64,000 nucleotides of DNA. It comes from an uncultured Pseudomonadales bacterium. Lineage in GTDB: Bacteria > Patescibacteriota > Microgenomatia > UBA1400 > PJMF01. Positions 1-9,075 of the stretch are shown here, piece by piece (positions within the stretch are counted from its first letter, which is position 1; each line of letters begins with the position of its first letter). Location of the stretch: positions 480 through 64,479 of the forward strand of contig CAZOVA010000001.1 in NCBI GenBank assembly GCA_964583625.1. Direction: 5' to 3'. Below the pieces are notes generated by a model that did not search any database, had not been told where the DNA came from, and saw only the letters and a list, made by a program, of their open reading frames with translations. The position numbers were made by a program, and so were the translations under genes.

Positions 1-3000
1 GCAATCTCTTCAAAGACATCCGTTAGTGTTGTTTCTGGAGCAGTGACTAGTAGCAATGCTACCTGTGGTGGCACAGAAACAAGTTGTAATGCTGGTTGTT
101 TTAAATACAAAATTTCTTGGATTGGCAATGATAATACTAGTGGAGTCATTAGTAAAAGTGGCAGTTGCTACTTTGGTTCTAAAGCTTTCTCTTGTAATGC
201 TTCTGATCCTGTAACTCCACCCATTAATGCCGCTTGTGGCACCGCTGCTAAAACATATACTACTGGAGCTACCAGCTATGGTAGTGATACCTTTTGTGCT
301 CCTGGCACCTATAGTAGCACTCCTTCTTTCCCCACTTTGGGTAATTCTATCAGCTGGACTTGTAATGGTGTGGGTGGCGGTAGTAATGCCACTTGTACCG
401 CTAGAAGAGCCAGAAATGGTATTTGTGGCAGCGCTAATGGTCAAACTTTTATCCCCAGTGCCACCTCCTTTAGTGGTTACTCTCTCTGTGATGTTGGTAG
501 TGTCTCCCCTGCCACTCCTGCCTTCCCCAGTGCCGGTGGCAGTAGTAGTTGGAGTTGTCTAGGCATTTATGGAGGAGCAGCGGCTAATTGCTCCGCTGTG
601 CGTCAAGCGGTAGGGAGTTGTGGTGGTAATGCCACTACCTTTGTCCATACCGCTGGTGGCTATAGTAGTACCAACAATAGTGCCTTCTGCAGCGTTGGTA
701 GCGCTTCCCCTGTCGCTCCCACCTTCCCCAGCGCCGGTAACAGTAGTAGTTGGAGTTGTCTAGGCATTTATGGAGGAGCGGCGGCTTCTTGTAGCTCTTG
801 TCGCAATCTTTATCCTTTGCAAAATCAGACTGCCTGTCCTGCCAGCTATAGCACAACTGCTTGCGCTAATATGGGCGCTTGTTATCAAACAACTGTCAAT
901 TATTCTTTAAGTTGTAGTAATAGAACCTATGGCTGTTACAAAGCTAAAACTTGTGTAGAAGTTAATGGTAGCGGCTGGACTACCAGTAATCCCTCTCCCA
1001 GACCAGCTATTACTGGTAGTCGTGATGGCAATAATGCTGTTTGTTATCACGCCTGTGCTTACAATAGCCAACCCACTTGTGCCAATTTAGCTTTACAAAA
1101 TGGTAAATTAGGTAGCTACACCACTACTGCCTGTTCTGGCACTAATGTTGTCCAACTTGACCGACTCACTACCTATTATTCCACCGTCTCCAACAATACT
1201 TGTCAAAATCAAACACTCACTTGTTACAAGTGTGCCACTAATGCTCAGTGTGGAAGTGCTGCCAAAATCTATGAAGAAACAGCTACTGCTTACACCGGGG
1301 CTTTGTGTGCCACTGGAACCGCTCCCGTTGCTACTCCTGCCTTCCCCAGTGTGGGGGGCACTGTCACTTGGACTTGCCGAGGGATTAATGATGGAACCGA
1401 TAGTAACTGCACTGCTACTCGCAAACTCAATGGCGTCTGCGGTAGTGCTCACAATTATTACTTTGCCAATACTGCCGCTGGCTATTCCCCTCTTGTTCAA
1501 TGTAGTAAAGGAGCCTCCAGCAATACTGCTTTCCCTGCTTTAGGTCAAACTATCAACTATACTTGTCAAGGGCTTAACACTGGCGCTAGTCCTTCCTGTA
1601 CTACTTGTCGCAATCGCTATCCTATTCGATCATTAACTGCCTGTCCCGCCGGCTATATTACCACCGCTTGTGCCAATCTTAATCCAGCTGCTTGCTTAAC
1701 CCGAAGCGTTAACTATTCACTTGCCTGTAAGGATTATCAATATCCTTGTTATCAGGCGCAAAATTGTAACCAAACCAATCCTCTCACCTCTTCCCCGGCT
1801 TACAATGCTGCTGGTTATTGGGTAGAGGACGGAGTGGTTAATGCTACCAATTTGGCCGTTTATGGACCAGGAAAAATTTTCACTTATGCGGGTAATAATT
1901 ATCATCTAGTTAATGGTTTGGCCAATGGTAATAATCAGATTTGTTATGCTCGTTGTACTTATCCGATTAAAAGAAGTTGTGGTTTGTTTATTGATAAAAA
2001 AGGTAATGAACCAGGTAGTAGTGCTGATCTACCTTACTCAACCAGCGCTTGTGCCAATCCTGCCTCTTGTTGGACTCAGGGAGTTACTTATTCAGCTGTT
2101 GCTAGCAATAGCTGCAGCAATCATATTGTCAACAATGACTTGGGCTTTATCAACAACCCAACTCATTATTGTTACAAACCACAAACTTGTAATGAAGCTA
2201 ATGCAAAGCCCAATGAACGCTATAGTCATGACACTAGTGATCCCAAATATGTTTATCAAAGAGAAGCTAAAGATGATGGTCGAGCAAGAGCTTGTTACCG
2301 TAAAAAAAGATGTAGTGAAATTCCCTCCTCTATTGCCGCTGCTTCATCACCCAACTATACTATTGCTGGTAGCTGTTTGGCTAATCAGTTAATGCTTTCT
2401 TCTCCAGAGGGATATCTCGATGGCTTAACCAATGCCGCTTGTGTCTCTTGTGTTGAAGCCACCGCTCCTTGGTTGCAAATAGTTGATGGTAACTTGTATG
2501 TCCAACAAGAAATTAATGTTTCCTTCCCCAAAGATGTCGATTACCGCTATTTAATTCGCGCCAAAGGGGCCTGTAGCGGTGGGGCCAGTAGTAAAAAATC
2601 TGGTATTCCCGCAACTAGTGGCAATGTCATTATCACCAAAGATGGATTCTGGACCTTCCGTGATCAGACTCAAACAGGAGCCACTGGCACCTTGGGAGCT
2701 CCAGTGAGTGTCAAGACTAATTTTGCCTACTTTAGAGACCGAGTGCAATATGATAAATTGCCAGAATGTGATTTGACCAAATTGCAAAATACTCAAACTA
2801 CTGGTTTAGATTTGGTTGATGGCAGCACCGCTTGTCGGCTCCTAGCAAGCAAAGCCAATCTTAACAATCCTATCTTCAATCTAGCCAGTGGTCAAAAACA
2901 AGTGATTTTTGTTGAAGGGAACTTAACCATTGATGGGGCAACCACTAAATTTACTATTCCTAATCCAACTCCCACCGCTCAAGGAGCCTATTTAGCCTTC

Positions 3001-3378
3001 TTAGTCAATGGGGACATCACCTTTGGCTCTAATTTAGGTCAGGATATGAGTGCCACCTTGGCTTCCACCTGTGATCAAACGCCCACCATTACTGGCGTCT
3101 TTTTGGCAGATGGGAAAATTAGACTCCCCAATACTAGTGTCAAAAACCCCTATACCAATACCTCTTGCGATAAAAGAATTACCCTTGAAGGTAGCTATAT
3201 TGCTTTGGGAGGAGTAGAACTGCAAAGAAGTTTTATTGGCTGTATGCATAATGCCTCAGTCTATCCTGATTACAATGCTCAAACCCCAGCCATTACCTTC
3301 CTTTACCGTCCAGACCTTTTGATTAAAACTCCCAGCTGGATGGATAGAGATATTAAAGTGAGGCTGGAAGTGCCTTAA
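1..3378 (+). CDS. Large Cys-rich repeat surface/secreted protein, 5'-truncated by the window edge
   Basis: Frame is open from base 1, so the track start at 43 is only an internal GTG. About five ~65-aa repeats of the form CGxA...C..G...P.FP..G....W.C.G...G....C. C-terminal beta-rich domain (VIFVEGNLTI, LAFLVNGDITF, GVFLADGKI, PAITFLYRPDLL...EVP) resembles PilX-like tails of CPR surface proteins. Confidence 0.75.
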   Translation, partial: AISSKTSVSVVSGAVTSSNATCGGTETSCNAGCFKYKISWIGNDNTSGVISKSGSCYFGSKAFSCNASDPVTPPINAACGTAAKTYTTGATSYGSDTFCAPGTYSSTPSFPTLGNSISWTCNGVGGGSNATCTARRARNGICGSANGQTFIPSATSFSGYSLCDVGSVSPATPAFPSAGGSSSWSCLGIYGGAAANCSAVRQAVGSCGGNATTFVHTAGGYSSTNNSAFCSVGSASPVAPTFPSAGNSSSWSCLGIYGGAAASCSSCRNLYPLQNQTACPASYSTTACANMGACYQTTVNYSLSCSNRTYGCYKAKTCVEVNGSGWTTSNPSPRPAITGSRDGNNAVCYHACAYNSQPTCANLALQNGKLGSYTTTACSGTNVVQLDRLTTYYSTVSNNTCQNQTLTCYKCATNAQCGSAAKIYEETATAYTGALCATGTAPVATPAFPSVGGTVTWTCRGINDGTDSNCTATRKLNGVCGSAHNYYFANTAAGYSPLVQCSKGASSNTAFPALGQTINYTCQGLNTGASPSCTTCRNRYPIRSLTACPAGYITTACANLNPAACLTRSVNYSLACKDYQYPCYQAQNCNQTNPLTSSPAYNAAGYWVEDGVVNATNLAVYGPGKIFTYAGNNYHLVNGLANGNNQICYARCTYPIKRSCGLFIDKKGNEPGSSADLPYSTSACANPASCWTQGVTYSAVASNSCSNHIVNNDLGFINNPTHYCYKPQTCNEANAKPNERYSHDTSDPKYVYQREAKDDGRARACYRKKRCSEIPSSIAAASSPNYTIAGSCLANQLMLSSPEGYLDGLTNAACVSCVEATAPWLQIVDGNLYVQQEINVSFPKDVDYRYLIRAKGACSGGASSKKSGIPATSGNVIITKDGFWTFRDQTQTGATGTLGAPVSVKTNFAYFRDRVQYDKLPECDLTKLQNTQTTGLDLVDGSTACRLLASKANLNNPIFNLASGQKQVIFVEGNLTIDGATTKFTIPNPTPTAQGAYLAFLVNGDITFGSNLGQDMSATLASTCDQTPTITGVFLADGKIRLPNTSVKNPYTNTSCDKRITLEGSYIALGGVELQRSFIGCMHNASVYPDYNAQTPAITFLYRPDLLIKTPSWMDRDIKVRLEVP
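540..779 (+). repeat. 39-bp exact intragenic direct repeat (540-578 = 741-779), 201-bp period
   Basis: cagtagtagttggagttgtctaggcatttatggaggagc occurs twice and encodes SSSWSCLGIYGGA. Confidence 0.9.
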
Positions 3379-3400
3379 ATTTTAAGAGTTTAAAATTAAC

Positions 3401-3427
3401 AAAAAAGCCCTTGTTTTTACAAGGGCT
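3401..3427 (-). terminator. Intrinsic terminator of the prs-plsC unit
   Basis: 9-bp stem agcccttgt/acaagggct with a 4-nt loop and a U-tract on the minus strand. Confidence 0.8.
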
Positions 3428-3449
3428 ATGATGTAAGTGAGATCTTTTT

Positions 3450-4037
3450 TCAAATCAAAGATTTTAGCTTAGCAATTTTTTCCATTAGTTCATGGGTTGC
3501 TCGCTCATAATCTTCAGCTGTGGGCTTATCTATTTCCGTCAGAGGTGAATAGGCCTGACCGATAACTACTGGTAAAGAATGAAACCAACGCTTTTGTTTG
3601 GGCAGATAGATTGGCACAATGACGGCTTGAGACATTTTGGCCAAAATTACTGCTCCATTTTTTGCTTGACTCGGATCAGCTTTTCGCGTTCCTTCAGGAA
3701 AAATGATCATCTTCTCCCCATTAAGCAAAGCTTTTCGACTTTGTTTTAAAGCTGATAGGTCGTTTTCTCCTCTCTTCACCCAAATCAACCCTAAACGATC
3801 TAAAACAAAACCGATTAGCGGCCAAGACTTTATTTCTTTTTTGGCTAAAACACGCAGAGGAAATTTGAGTTTGAAGGCAAGAATAATATAAAGAGGATCA
3901 GACGCAAAAGTGTGGTTGGAGCAGAGAATTGCTCCTCCCTCAATAGGAATATTTTCTTGAGTAATTATCCTGTAAGGATGGGTCAGCTGAAAAAAAAGCC
4001 AGACTAAACCGTAAAGTATTGAGTAGAAAAATTTCAT
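3450..4037 (-). CDS. plsC: 1-acyl-sn-glycerol-3-phosphate acyltransferase (lysophospholipid acyltransferase family)
   Basis: NHTFASD (NHxxxxD), AKKE and IFPEGTR motifs. Confidence 0.85.
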   Translation of the reverse strand: MKFFYSILYGLVWLFFQLTHPYRIITQENIPIEGGAILCSNHTFASDPLYIILAFKLKFPLRVLAKKEIKSWPLIGFVLDRLGLIWVKRGENDLSALKQSRKALLNGEKMIIFPEGTRKADPSQAKNGAVILAKMSQAVIVPIYLPKQKRWFHSLPVVIGQAYSPLTEIDKPTAEDYERATHELMEKIAKLKSLI

Positions 4038-4054
4038 CGCTTCACACCTGCCTT

Positions 4055-5029
4055 TTAATTGTAGTCAGCCAGCAGATCAGAAAGCCCGCCATTAGTTTCA
4101 ATCCTTTCAATTGCTTGAGCAAAAAGAGGCGCAATCGAAAGCTCTTTATAAGGGCAAACCGAATCTAAGAGGTGAGCTCTGGCTGTGCTATTGGTAGTAA
4201 CAAGTAGATCGGGAGGGGTTTTTTTTAGATTTTCCAAAGCAGGGCCAGTCAATTGACAGTGACTAATCAAAACAATAATTTTCCGTGCTCCCTGTTGTCT
4301 GAGATACTGCATGGCAGAGACCAAAGTCCCACCAGTTGATAAAATATCGTCAGGAATGATAACCGTTTTACCCAAAACATTAAGATCATTGGCTACCAAG
4401 CGACTGAGTTGGTCTGATTTGTCAGAAAGTCGCGATTTGGGAAGATAATACAAGGTTTTTTTCAAATTCTCGGCAAAAATTTTACAATTTTTTGCCGCCC
4501 CTTCGTCTGGAGCTACAATTACCGTTTCTTCGTCAACTAGATCTTGTGCTAAAAGATACTCCTGAAAAATCTTCCTTGCAGAAAAGTCTTCAAACTTGAT
4601 TTCCGTCATTGAACGAATTTGCTTGGAGTGTAGGTCTAGAGACATCAGTCTTTCCGCCTTACACAGGGCAAAAATCGCCAAGACTTTGGCTACAAAGCCC
4701 ATTTCTCTACCTGTCGGCTTATCCTGACGACTATAAGGTAAATAAGGAATAATTAGTGTCGGACTGATGGCATCGCATTTGTAGGCCGTTTCTAATAACT
4801 GACTGGCTTGGACCAGCATTTCCGCGCTGGCTGCGTAATCCTGGAAAATATAAGTTTTCCAGCCGCGAATAGTCTCTGGTAGTCGAGCAGCTGTTTCTCC
4901 GTCAGCAAAACGGACTGTAGCATTGGGGATAAACCTTACCAAAAGAGTTGGGTTAATCTTGACCAATTCTGTGGCAATTTCCTTTGCCAGAGGGCTATTC
5001 CCTCCACTAAGAATCACAATTTTCTCCAT
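4055..5029 (-). CDS. prs: Ribose-phosphate pyrophosphokinase, copy 1
   Basis: FADGE, IPYLPYSRQDK, DLHS, VAPDEGA and DDILSTGGTL motifs. Confidence 0.9.
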   Translation of the reverse strand: MEKIVILSGGNSPLAKEIATELVKINPTLLVRFIPNATVRFADGETAARLPETIRGWKTYIFQDYAASAEMLVQASQLLETAYKCDAISPTLIIPYLPYSRQDKPTGREMGFVAKVLAIFALCKAERLMSLDLHSKQIRSMTEIKFEDFSARKIFQEYLLAQDLVDEETVIVAPDEGAAKNCKIFAENLKKTLYYLPKSRLSDKSDQLSRLVANDLNVLGKTVIIPDDILSTGGTLVSAMQYLRQQGARKIIVLISHCQLTGPALENLKKTPPDLLVTTNSTARAHLLDSVCPYKELSIAPLFAQAIERIETNGGLSDLLADYN

Positions 5030-5051
5030 TTTTCTCCTCCATTCTCTTCAC

Positions 5052-5089
5052 TTGTCAAAGATCTTCACTTCACCTCAAATATTATATCA
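5052..5089 (-). promoter_or_regulatory. Extended -10 promoter (TGATATAAT, 5081-5089) and boxA-like GATCTTTGACAA (5052-5063) ahead of prs
   Basis: Read directly on the minus strand; followed by GGAGGAGAAAAATG. Confidence 0.6.
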
Positions 5090-5224
5090 TCGAATGGGGA
5101 AAATTATTATTTTCTCTATCCAAAGACCTATAATATATAAATAGAAAGCCGATAATTTATGATAAGGGGACGTGAAAAAACGGTTGACAAAATTCGCTTG
5201 ATTTATATGGTATAATTTGCCACT

Positions 5225-5662
5225 ATGATAAAGGTTCCAGTAAAAATTAAATTATTCGATAAGGACCTGCCTGTTCCCCAGTATCAAAGTAAACTAGCGG
5301 CTGGTTTTGATTTTCATAGTCGTTTTGATGTTTTATTACCAGCCCAAGCAGTTACAATCGTCAAAACTGGGATTGCTGTCTCTTATCCTCAGGAGTATTG
5401 GCTAATGGTGGCAGCCCGTTCTAGTTTACATAAAATAAATTTACAATTGGTGAATGGTGTGGGAGTGGTAGACCCTGATTATCGTGGCGATAATGACGAG
5501 ATTGGCTTACTAATTTATAATTTTGGTGACAAAGAGGTAATGATTAAAAAAGGTTATCGTTTAGCCCAAGGCATTCTCATTCCTAGAATTCTAGCTGATT
5601 TCACTATCGTTGATGAGTTAGGACATCCCGATCGTGGAGGTTTAGGGAGTACTGGGCAGTAA
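5225..5662 (+). CDS. dut: dUTP diphosphatase
   Basis: AGFDF, ARSS, GVVDPDYRG and RGGLGSTG motifs. Confidence 0.95.
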   Translation: MIKVPVKIKLFDKDLPVPQYQSKLAAGFDFHSRFDVLLPAQAVTIVKTGIAVSYPQEYWLMVAARSSLHKINLQLVNGVGVVDPDYRGDNDEIGLLIYNFGDKEVMIKKGYRLAQGILIPRILADFTIVDELGHPDRGGLGSTGQ

Positions 5663-6196
5663 GTGCCAAACTTGAGTTTGGGCGGATAAAGTCAATCTTT
5701 CTTTCACTTGAAAGTAATAAGGTTTTATCAGTTGTTTTTCAGCAAAAAGTTTAACCCCTCCTCCAAACATCACTGGTTCTAAAGTTAGATAAATTTCATC
5801 GACCAAATTTTCTTGCAATGCTTGTTGATAAACTCTCGCTCCCCCGCAAATCGCTATTTCTTTTAGCCCTTTTTCCGCCAAAAAAGTCATTAGGGTTGGC
5901 AAAGACATTTCTCCACTAGTGAAAAGAGACCCTTCGCTGTTTTTAGTAAACTGACTTAGTTCCTCCGCTTGCCTAACGGCAGTATGGTCTCTGGTATAAA
6001 CAATGATTTTTCTATCTGGCAAAGGTCGGCCAATGGTGGCAAAAGTTTCTCTTCCCATAATTAAAAAACCAATTTTTTTAGAAATTTTAGCAAACCACTG
6101 CTTGTCTTCCTGACTGGTCCAAATTGTAGAATTTTGATTTTTTTCCTGAGCAATATAGCCGTCTAAAGTGCTAGCGACAATCATTATTTTTTTCAT
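5642..6196 (-). CDS. Dihydrofolate reductase / RibD C-terminal family protein
   Basis: ASTLDGYIA, MGRETF, RPLPDR, ICGGA and VDEIYLT motifs. Confidence 0.85.
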   Translation of the reverse strand: MKKIMIVASTLDGYIAQEKNQNSTIWTSQEDKQWFAKISKKIGFLIMGRETFATIGRPLPDRKIIVYTRDHTAVRQAEELSQFTKNSEGSLFTSGEMSLPTLMTFLAEKGLKEIAICGGARVYQQALQENLVDEIYLTLEPVMFGGGVKLFAEKQLIKPYYFQVKERLTLSAQTQVWHLLPSTP

Positions 6197-6198
6197 TT

Positions 6199-6846
6199 TT
6201 ATTTTTTATCTTCTTTCTGATCAAATAAGTCCACTACTGGATAAAAATAGCCTGACTCATCGTCACCAATTTTTTCTTTGCCAGCTCCCCAAAAAGTTTG
6301 AGGGTATTCATCAGTCTCTTGGCTTACAGTCTCTGGTTTTATCTCTTCTTTTAGTTCTCCTCCAATTTGTGAGTTTTCAGCAGAAAAAAGTAATATTTCT
6401 CCACTTTTTCGTTGCCAATCTGGATGACGTTTAACTTGTTTGATAAAATTTTCAATTAACTGTAAATCCTCAGCTAGTTTTTGGTCTTGATGGGTCTGCA
6501 AATATAGAGCAGTCGCTTCCAAAATATAATCGGTCTTCCAATCTTCAAGTAATTGATAGAGAACTGTTTCTAGTTCAGCAATTAGTTTATCACTCGGTTT
6601 TTCTTCGCTCCGACTTAATTCGGACATTTTTAAAATTGCTCTCCTCCATTTAGGAATCTCTCGTCGAACATAAACCATATATTTAGTGTTCTCATGAGTA
6701 AGTTTCTCTTCTCCTTGAGCTCTCAACTTTTCTAAATAATTAGAAAAGTCTTGACCACTAAAAATGAAAGTTAACTGTTGACGCAAATTGGAGTCTCTTT
6801 TTTGTTTGGCTTTTTCAAAATCAATGATATTTGTTTCTTTATTCAT
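6199..6846 (-). CDS. Hypothetical protein (helical, acidic C-terminus)
   Basis: 215-aa ORF with a -10 element 7 nt upstream of the ATG; sits 2 nt from the DHFR-like gene. Confidence 0.65.
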   Translation of the reverse strand: MNKETNIIDFEKAKQKRDSNLRQQLTFIFSGQDFSNYLEKLRAQGEEKLTHENTKYMVYVRREIPKWRRAILKMSELSRSEEKPSDKLIAELETVLYQLLEDWKTDYILEATALYLQTHQDQKLAEDLQLIENFIKQVKRHPDWQRKSGEILLFSAENSQIGGELKEEIKPETVSQETDEYPQTFWGAGKEKIGDDESGYFYPVVDLFDQKEDKK

Positions 6847-6991
6847 TTTTTAAATGATAACATACCAGACTAAAAAAAGCAAAGCTTTGTAAAATCGAAG
6901 AGAGACTCTTTTAGAGAGTAAAATAAAATGCTATAATCATCTAAGCTTTCTAATTGAGAGCGCTTTAGTGAGTTATTAAAAGAAAGGTTTG

Positions 6992-7783
6992 ATGAAAAAA
7001 TTAAGTTTGTCAATAATTGGGCTTTACTCCCTTGGTGCCTTAGGAGCTGGCTTTTTGATTATTTTAGGTATGGGACTAGCTACAAAAATTGTAGGCTTAC
7101 CTGCTTGGCGCCAAGATATTAATATGAATTCTCGTAGCGATCAAAATTTTTTCTCAGCTGAGGGAGATGCTTTAATTGAAGCAGTCCCAGATCAAGCAAT
7201 GATTAATTTAGGAGTAGAGGTCACCGCTCCTACAGTTGCTCAAGCACAAGAGCAAGTTAATCAAATTATTACTAATTTACAAGAAGAATTAGCTACTCTA
7301 AAAATAGAGAAAAAAGACATCAAAACAGAAAATTATTCTGTAAGTCCAGACTATGATTGGGAAAATGACCGAAAAATTCGGGGCTATATCGTCACCAGTA
7401 ATCTCAAGGTAACTTGTAAAGACTTTAATGTTCTCAATCAAGTTATTGATTCGGCAACTAAGATCGGAGCTAATCAAGTTTACGGGGTTAATTTCAGCCT
7501 TAGCGAAGATAAAAAAGCTCAAGTAAAAAAAGAGGCTAGACAAATTGCCATCGAAAAAGCTAAGAAAAATGCTCAAGAATTGAGTGATTTAGCTGGTGTA
7601 AAACTAGGCGATGTCATAAATGTCTATGAATATGAAGTAACTGATGAAATGATGGGCGAAGGCATGGGCTCAGCTTATAATAAACAAGCTTTTGACAGTG
7701 AAGCGGCTACTACTCCCACAGCTATCGAACCAGGATCAACTTCTCTTAACTATCGAGTTTCTCTCACTTATCTCACCAGATAA
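6992..7783 (+). CDS. SIMPL (DUF541) family protein
   Basis: N-terminal TM, PDQAMINLGV, DIKTENYSVSPDY, AIEKAKKNAQELSDLAGVKLG and IEPG; SD gaaagg. Confidence 0.9.
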   Translation: MKKLSLSIIGLYSLGALGAGFLIILGMGLATKIVGLPAWRQDINMNSRSDQNFFSAEGDALIEAVPDQAMINLGVEVTAPTVAQAQEQVNQIITNLQEELATLKIEKKDIKTENYSVSPDYDWENDRKIRGYIVTSNLKVTCKDFNVLNQVIDSATKIGANQVYGVNFSLSEDKKAQVKKEARQIAIEKAKKNAQELSDLAGVKLGDVINVYEYEVTDEMMGEGMGSAYNKQAFDSEAATTPTAIEPGSTSLNYRVSLTYLTR

Positions 7784-7800
7784 ATTAAAAGATAAAACTT

Positions 7801-7831
7801 AAAAACCCCCACTCATTGAGCGGGGGTTTTT
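7801..7831. terminator. Bidirectional intrinsic terminator between convergent genes
   Basis: aaaaacccccactcattgagcgggggttttt: GC stem with A- and T-tracts on either side. Confidence 0.85.
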
Positions 7832-7857
7832 GATTCTAATTTCTTTTCCTGCCAAAT

Positions 7858-8439
7858 TTAATACATTGTCCGATCTACTTCATAAAAGGCTTGAGCGTGA
7901 AGACAAGAAGGACATTCTTCTGGCGCTTTTTTACCTATATGAATATAACCGCATTCACGACAAATCCAAATCTGTTCTTCTTCTCTTTCAAAAAAGCCAG
8001 ACTTTACTAGTTTGAGTAAGTGGGCATAGCGCTTGGCGTGACCACCTTCAGCTTTGGCAATAGCCAACATTCTGGCTGCATATTCTTCATAACCTTCAGC
8101 CTTAGCTACAGCTGCGAAATCTGGATACATTGTTTTTTCCTCGTGTAGCTCTCCCTCAATAGCGGCTGCTAAATTTTGGGCGGTTGTTCCTCGAATATTT
8201 GGAACTGAGACCTCATTGAGCATTAAGTTTTGAGAGTTTTCTTCTTTATGGCTTAACTCAACCAGCCACTTAAAAAGGTTGCTCGCATGCTCTCTTTCTT
8301 GATCGGCAGTTTCAGTAAAAATAGCGGCAATTTGTTCATAACCTTCTTTACGAGCCACGCTCGCATAAAAAGTATAGCGATTCCGAGCTTGAGATTCTCC
8401 TAAATACGCTTGAGCAATATTTAAATAAGTTTTTTCCAT
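7858..8439 (-). CDS. rbr: Rubrerythrin
   Basis: GESQARNRYTFYA, ExxH diiron motifs, and a C-terminal rubredoxin-like WICRECG...CPSC. Confidence 0.95.
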   Translation of the reverse strand: MEKTYLNIAQAYLGESQARNRYTFYASVARKEGYEQIAAIFTETADQEREHASNLFKWLVELSHKEENSQNLMLNEVSVPNIRGTTAQNLAAAIEGELHEEKTMYPDFAAVAKAEGYEEYAARMLAIAKAEGGHAKRYAHLLKLVKSGFFEREEEQIWICRECGYIHIGKKAPEECPSCLHAQAFYEVDRTMY

Positions 8440-8553
8440 AATCTATTCCTTTCATCTCCAATTCTACCACGATTTTATTAAATATAATTTAAATTCATTA
8501 TTCTTATCTCAAACAAACAGAGTTTGCCTTTATTATTAATAATAATAAAGTTC

Positions 8554-9075
8554 TTATTGGCCTAAAATTTTTTTCTTTTCCAATTTAAACTCATCCAAAG
8601 TTAAAGCCCCTTTTTCTTTTAGTTGCCACAATTTTTTAATTTCTTCCGCTGGACTAGCCAATTTTTCATTTGCCTCAACTGATTTTTCCCGATATTCACT
8701 GATTTTGTCACCAAGCATATTGGCAAAACGAAGTAAATCCTTTTTGTATATCCAACTAAAATGATGGTCTTCACCCTGGTCGTCAATAATCAAATCACCA
8801 AAAAATAAATTGGTAAAGTATCGAACATTGGCGATTTGCAAATAGGAAATTTCTCTATTAGCTCGACCATAAAAAGTTCGACGGTCGACAAAAAACAAAC
8901 GCTTATTAGTCGCAGCTAAAAGAACAATTGTGGCCCCATTAAAACCTCTCAACAGACCGATCAGCTCCTCATCGTCATCAACTAAATGAGCCAATTCTCC
9001 CAATTCCTTTCTTACTCCCCACAAACTCACTTTGCCTAAATTTTTTATTTGTTTTCTAATCTCTTCTTGTGTCAT
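8554..9075 (-). CDS. Bacterial PH-domain protein with C-terminal SHOCT domain
   Basis: LAATNKRLFFV (PH) and IKKLWQLKEKGALTLDEFKLEKKKIL (SHOCT). Confidence 0.8.
   Translation of the reverse strand: MTQEEIRKQIKNLGKVSLWGVRKELGELAHLVDDDEELIGLLRGFNGATIVLLAATNKRLFFVDRRTFYGRANREISYLQIANVRYFTNLFFGDLIIDDQGEDHHFSWIYKKDLLRFANMLGDKISEYREKSVEANEKLASPAEEIKKLWQLKEKGALTLDEFKLEKKKILGQ

Noticed and set aside
540-779. DGR template/variable repeat pair
   Set aside because: Both copies are in frame within one gene, differences are not adenine-specific, and no reverse transcriptase is present in the window.
10-3249. Alternative-frame and antisense ORFs over the Cys-rich gene (also over rplL, ndk and others)
   Set aside because: Shadows of codon bias inside well-supported genes.
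3450-3452. Alternative genetic code (UGA = Gly/Trp)
   Set aside because: Genes such as plsC and murL end at TGA at expected lengths, and conserved genes have no internal TGA.
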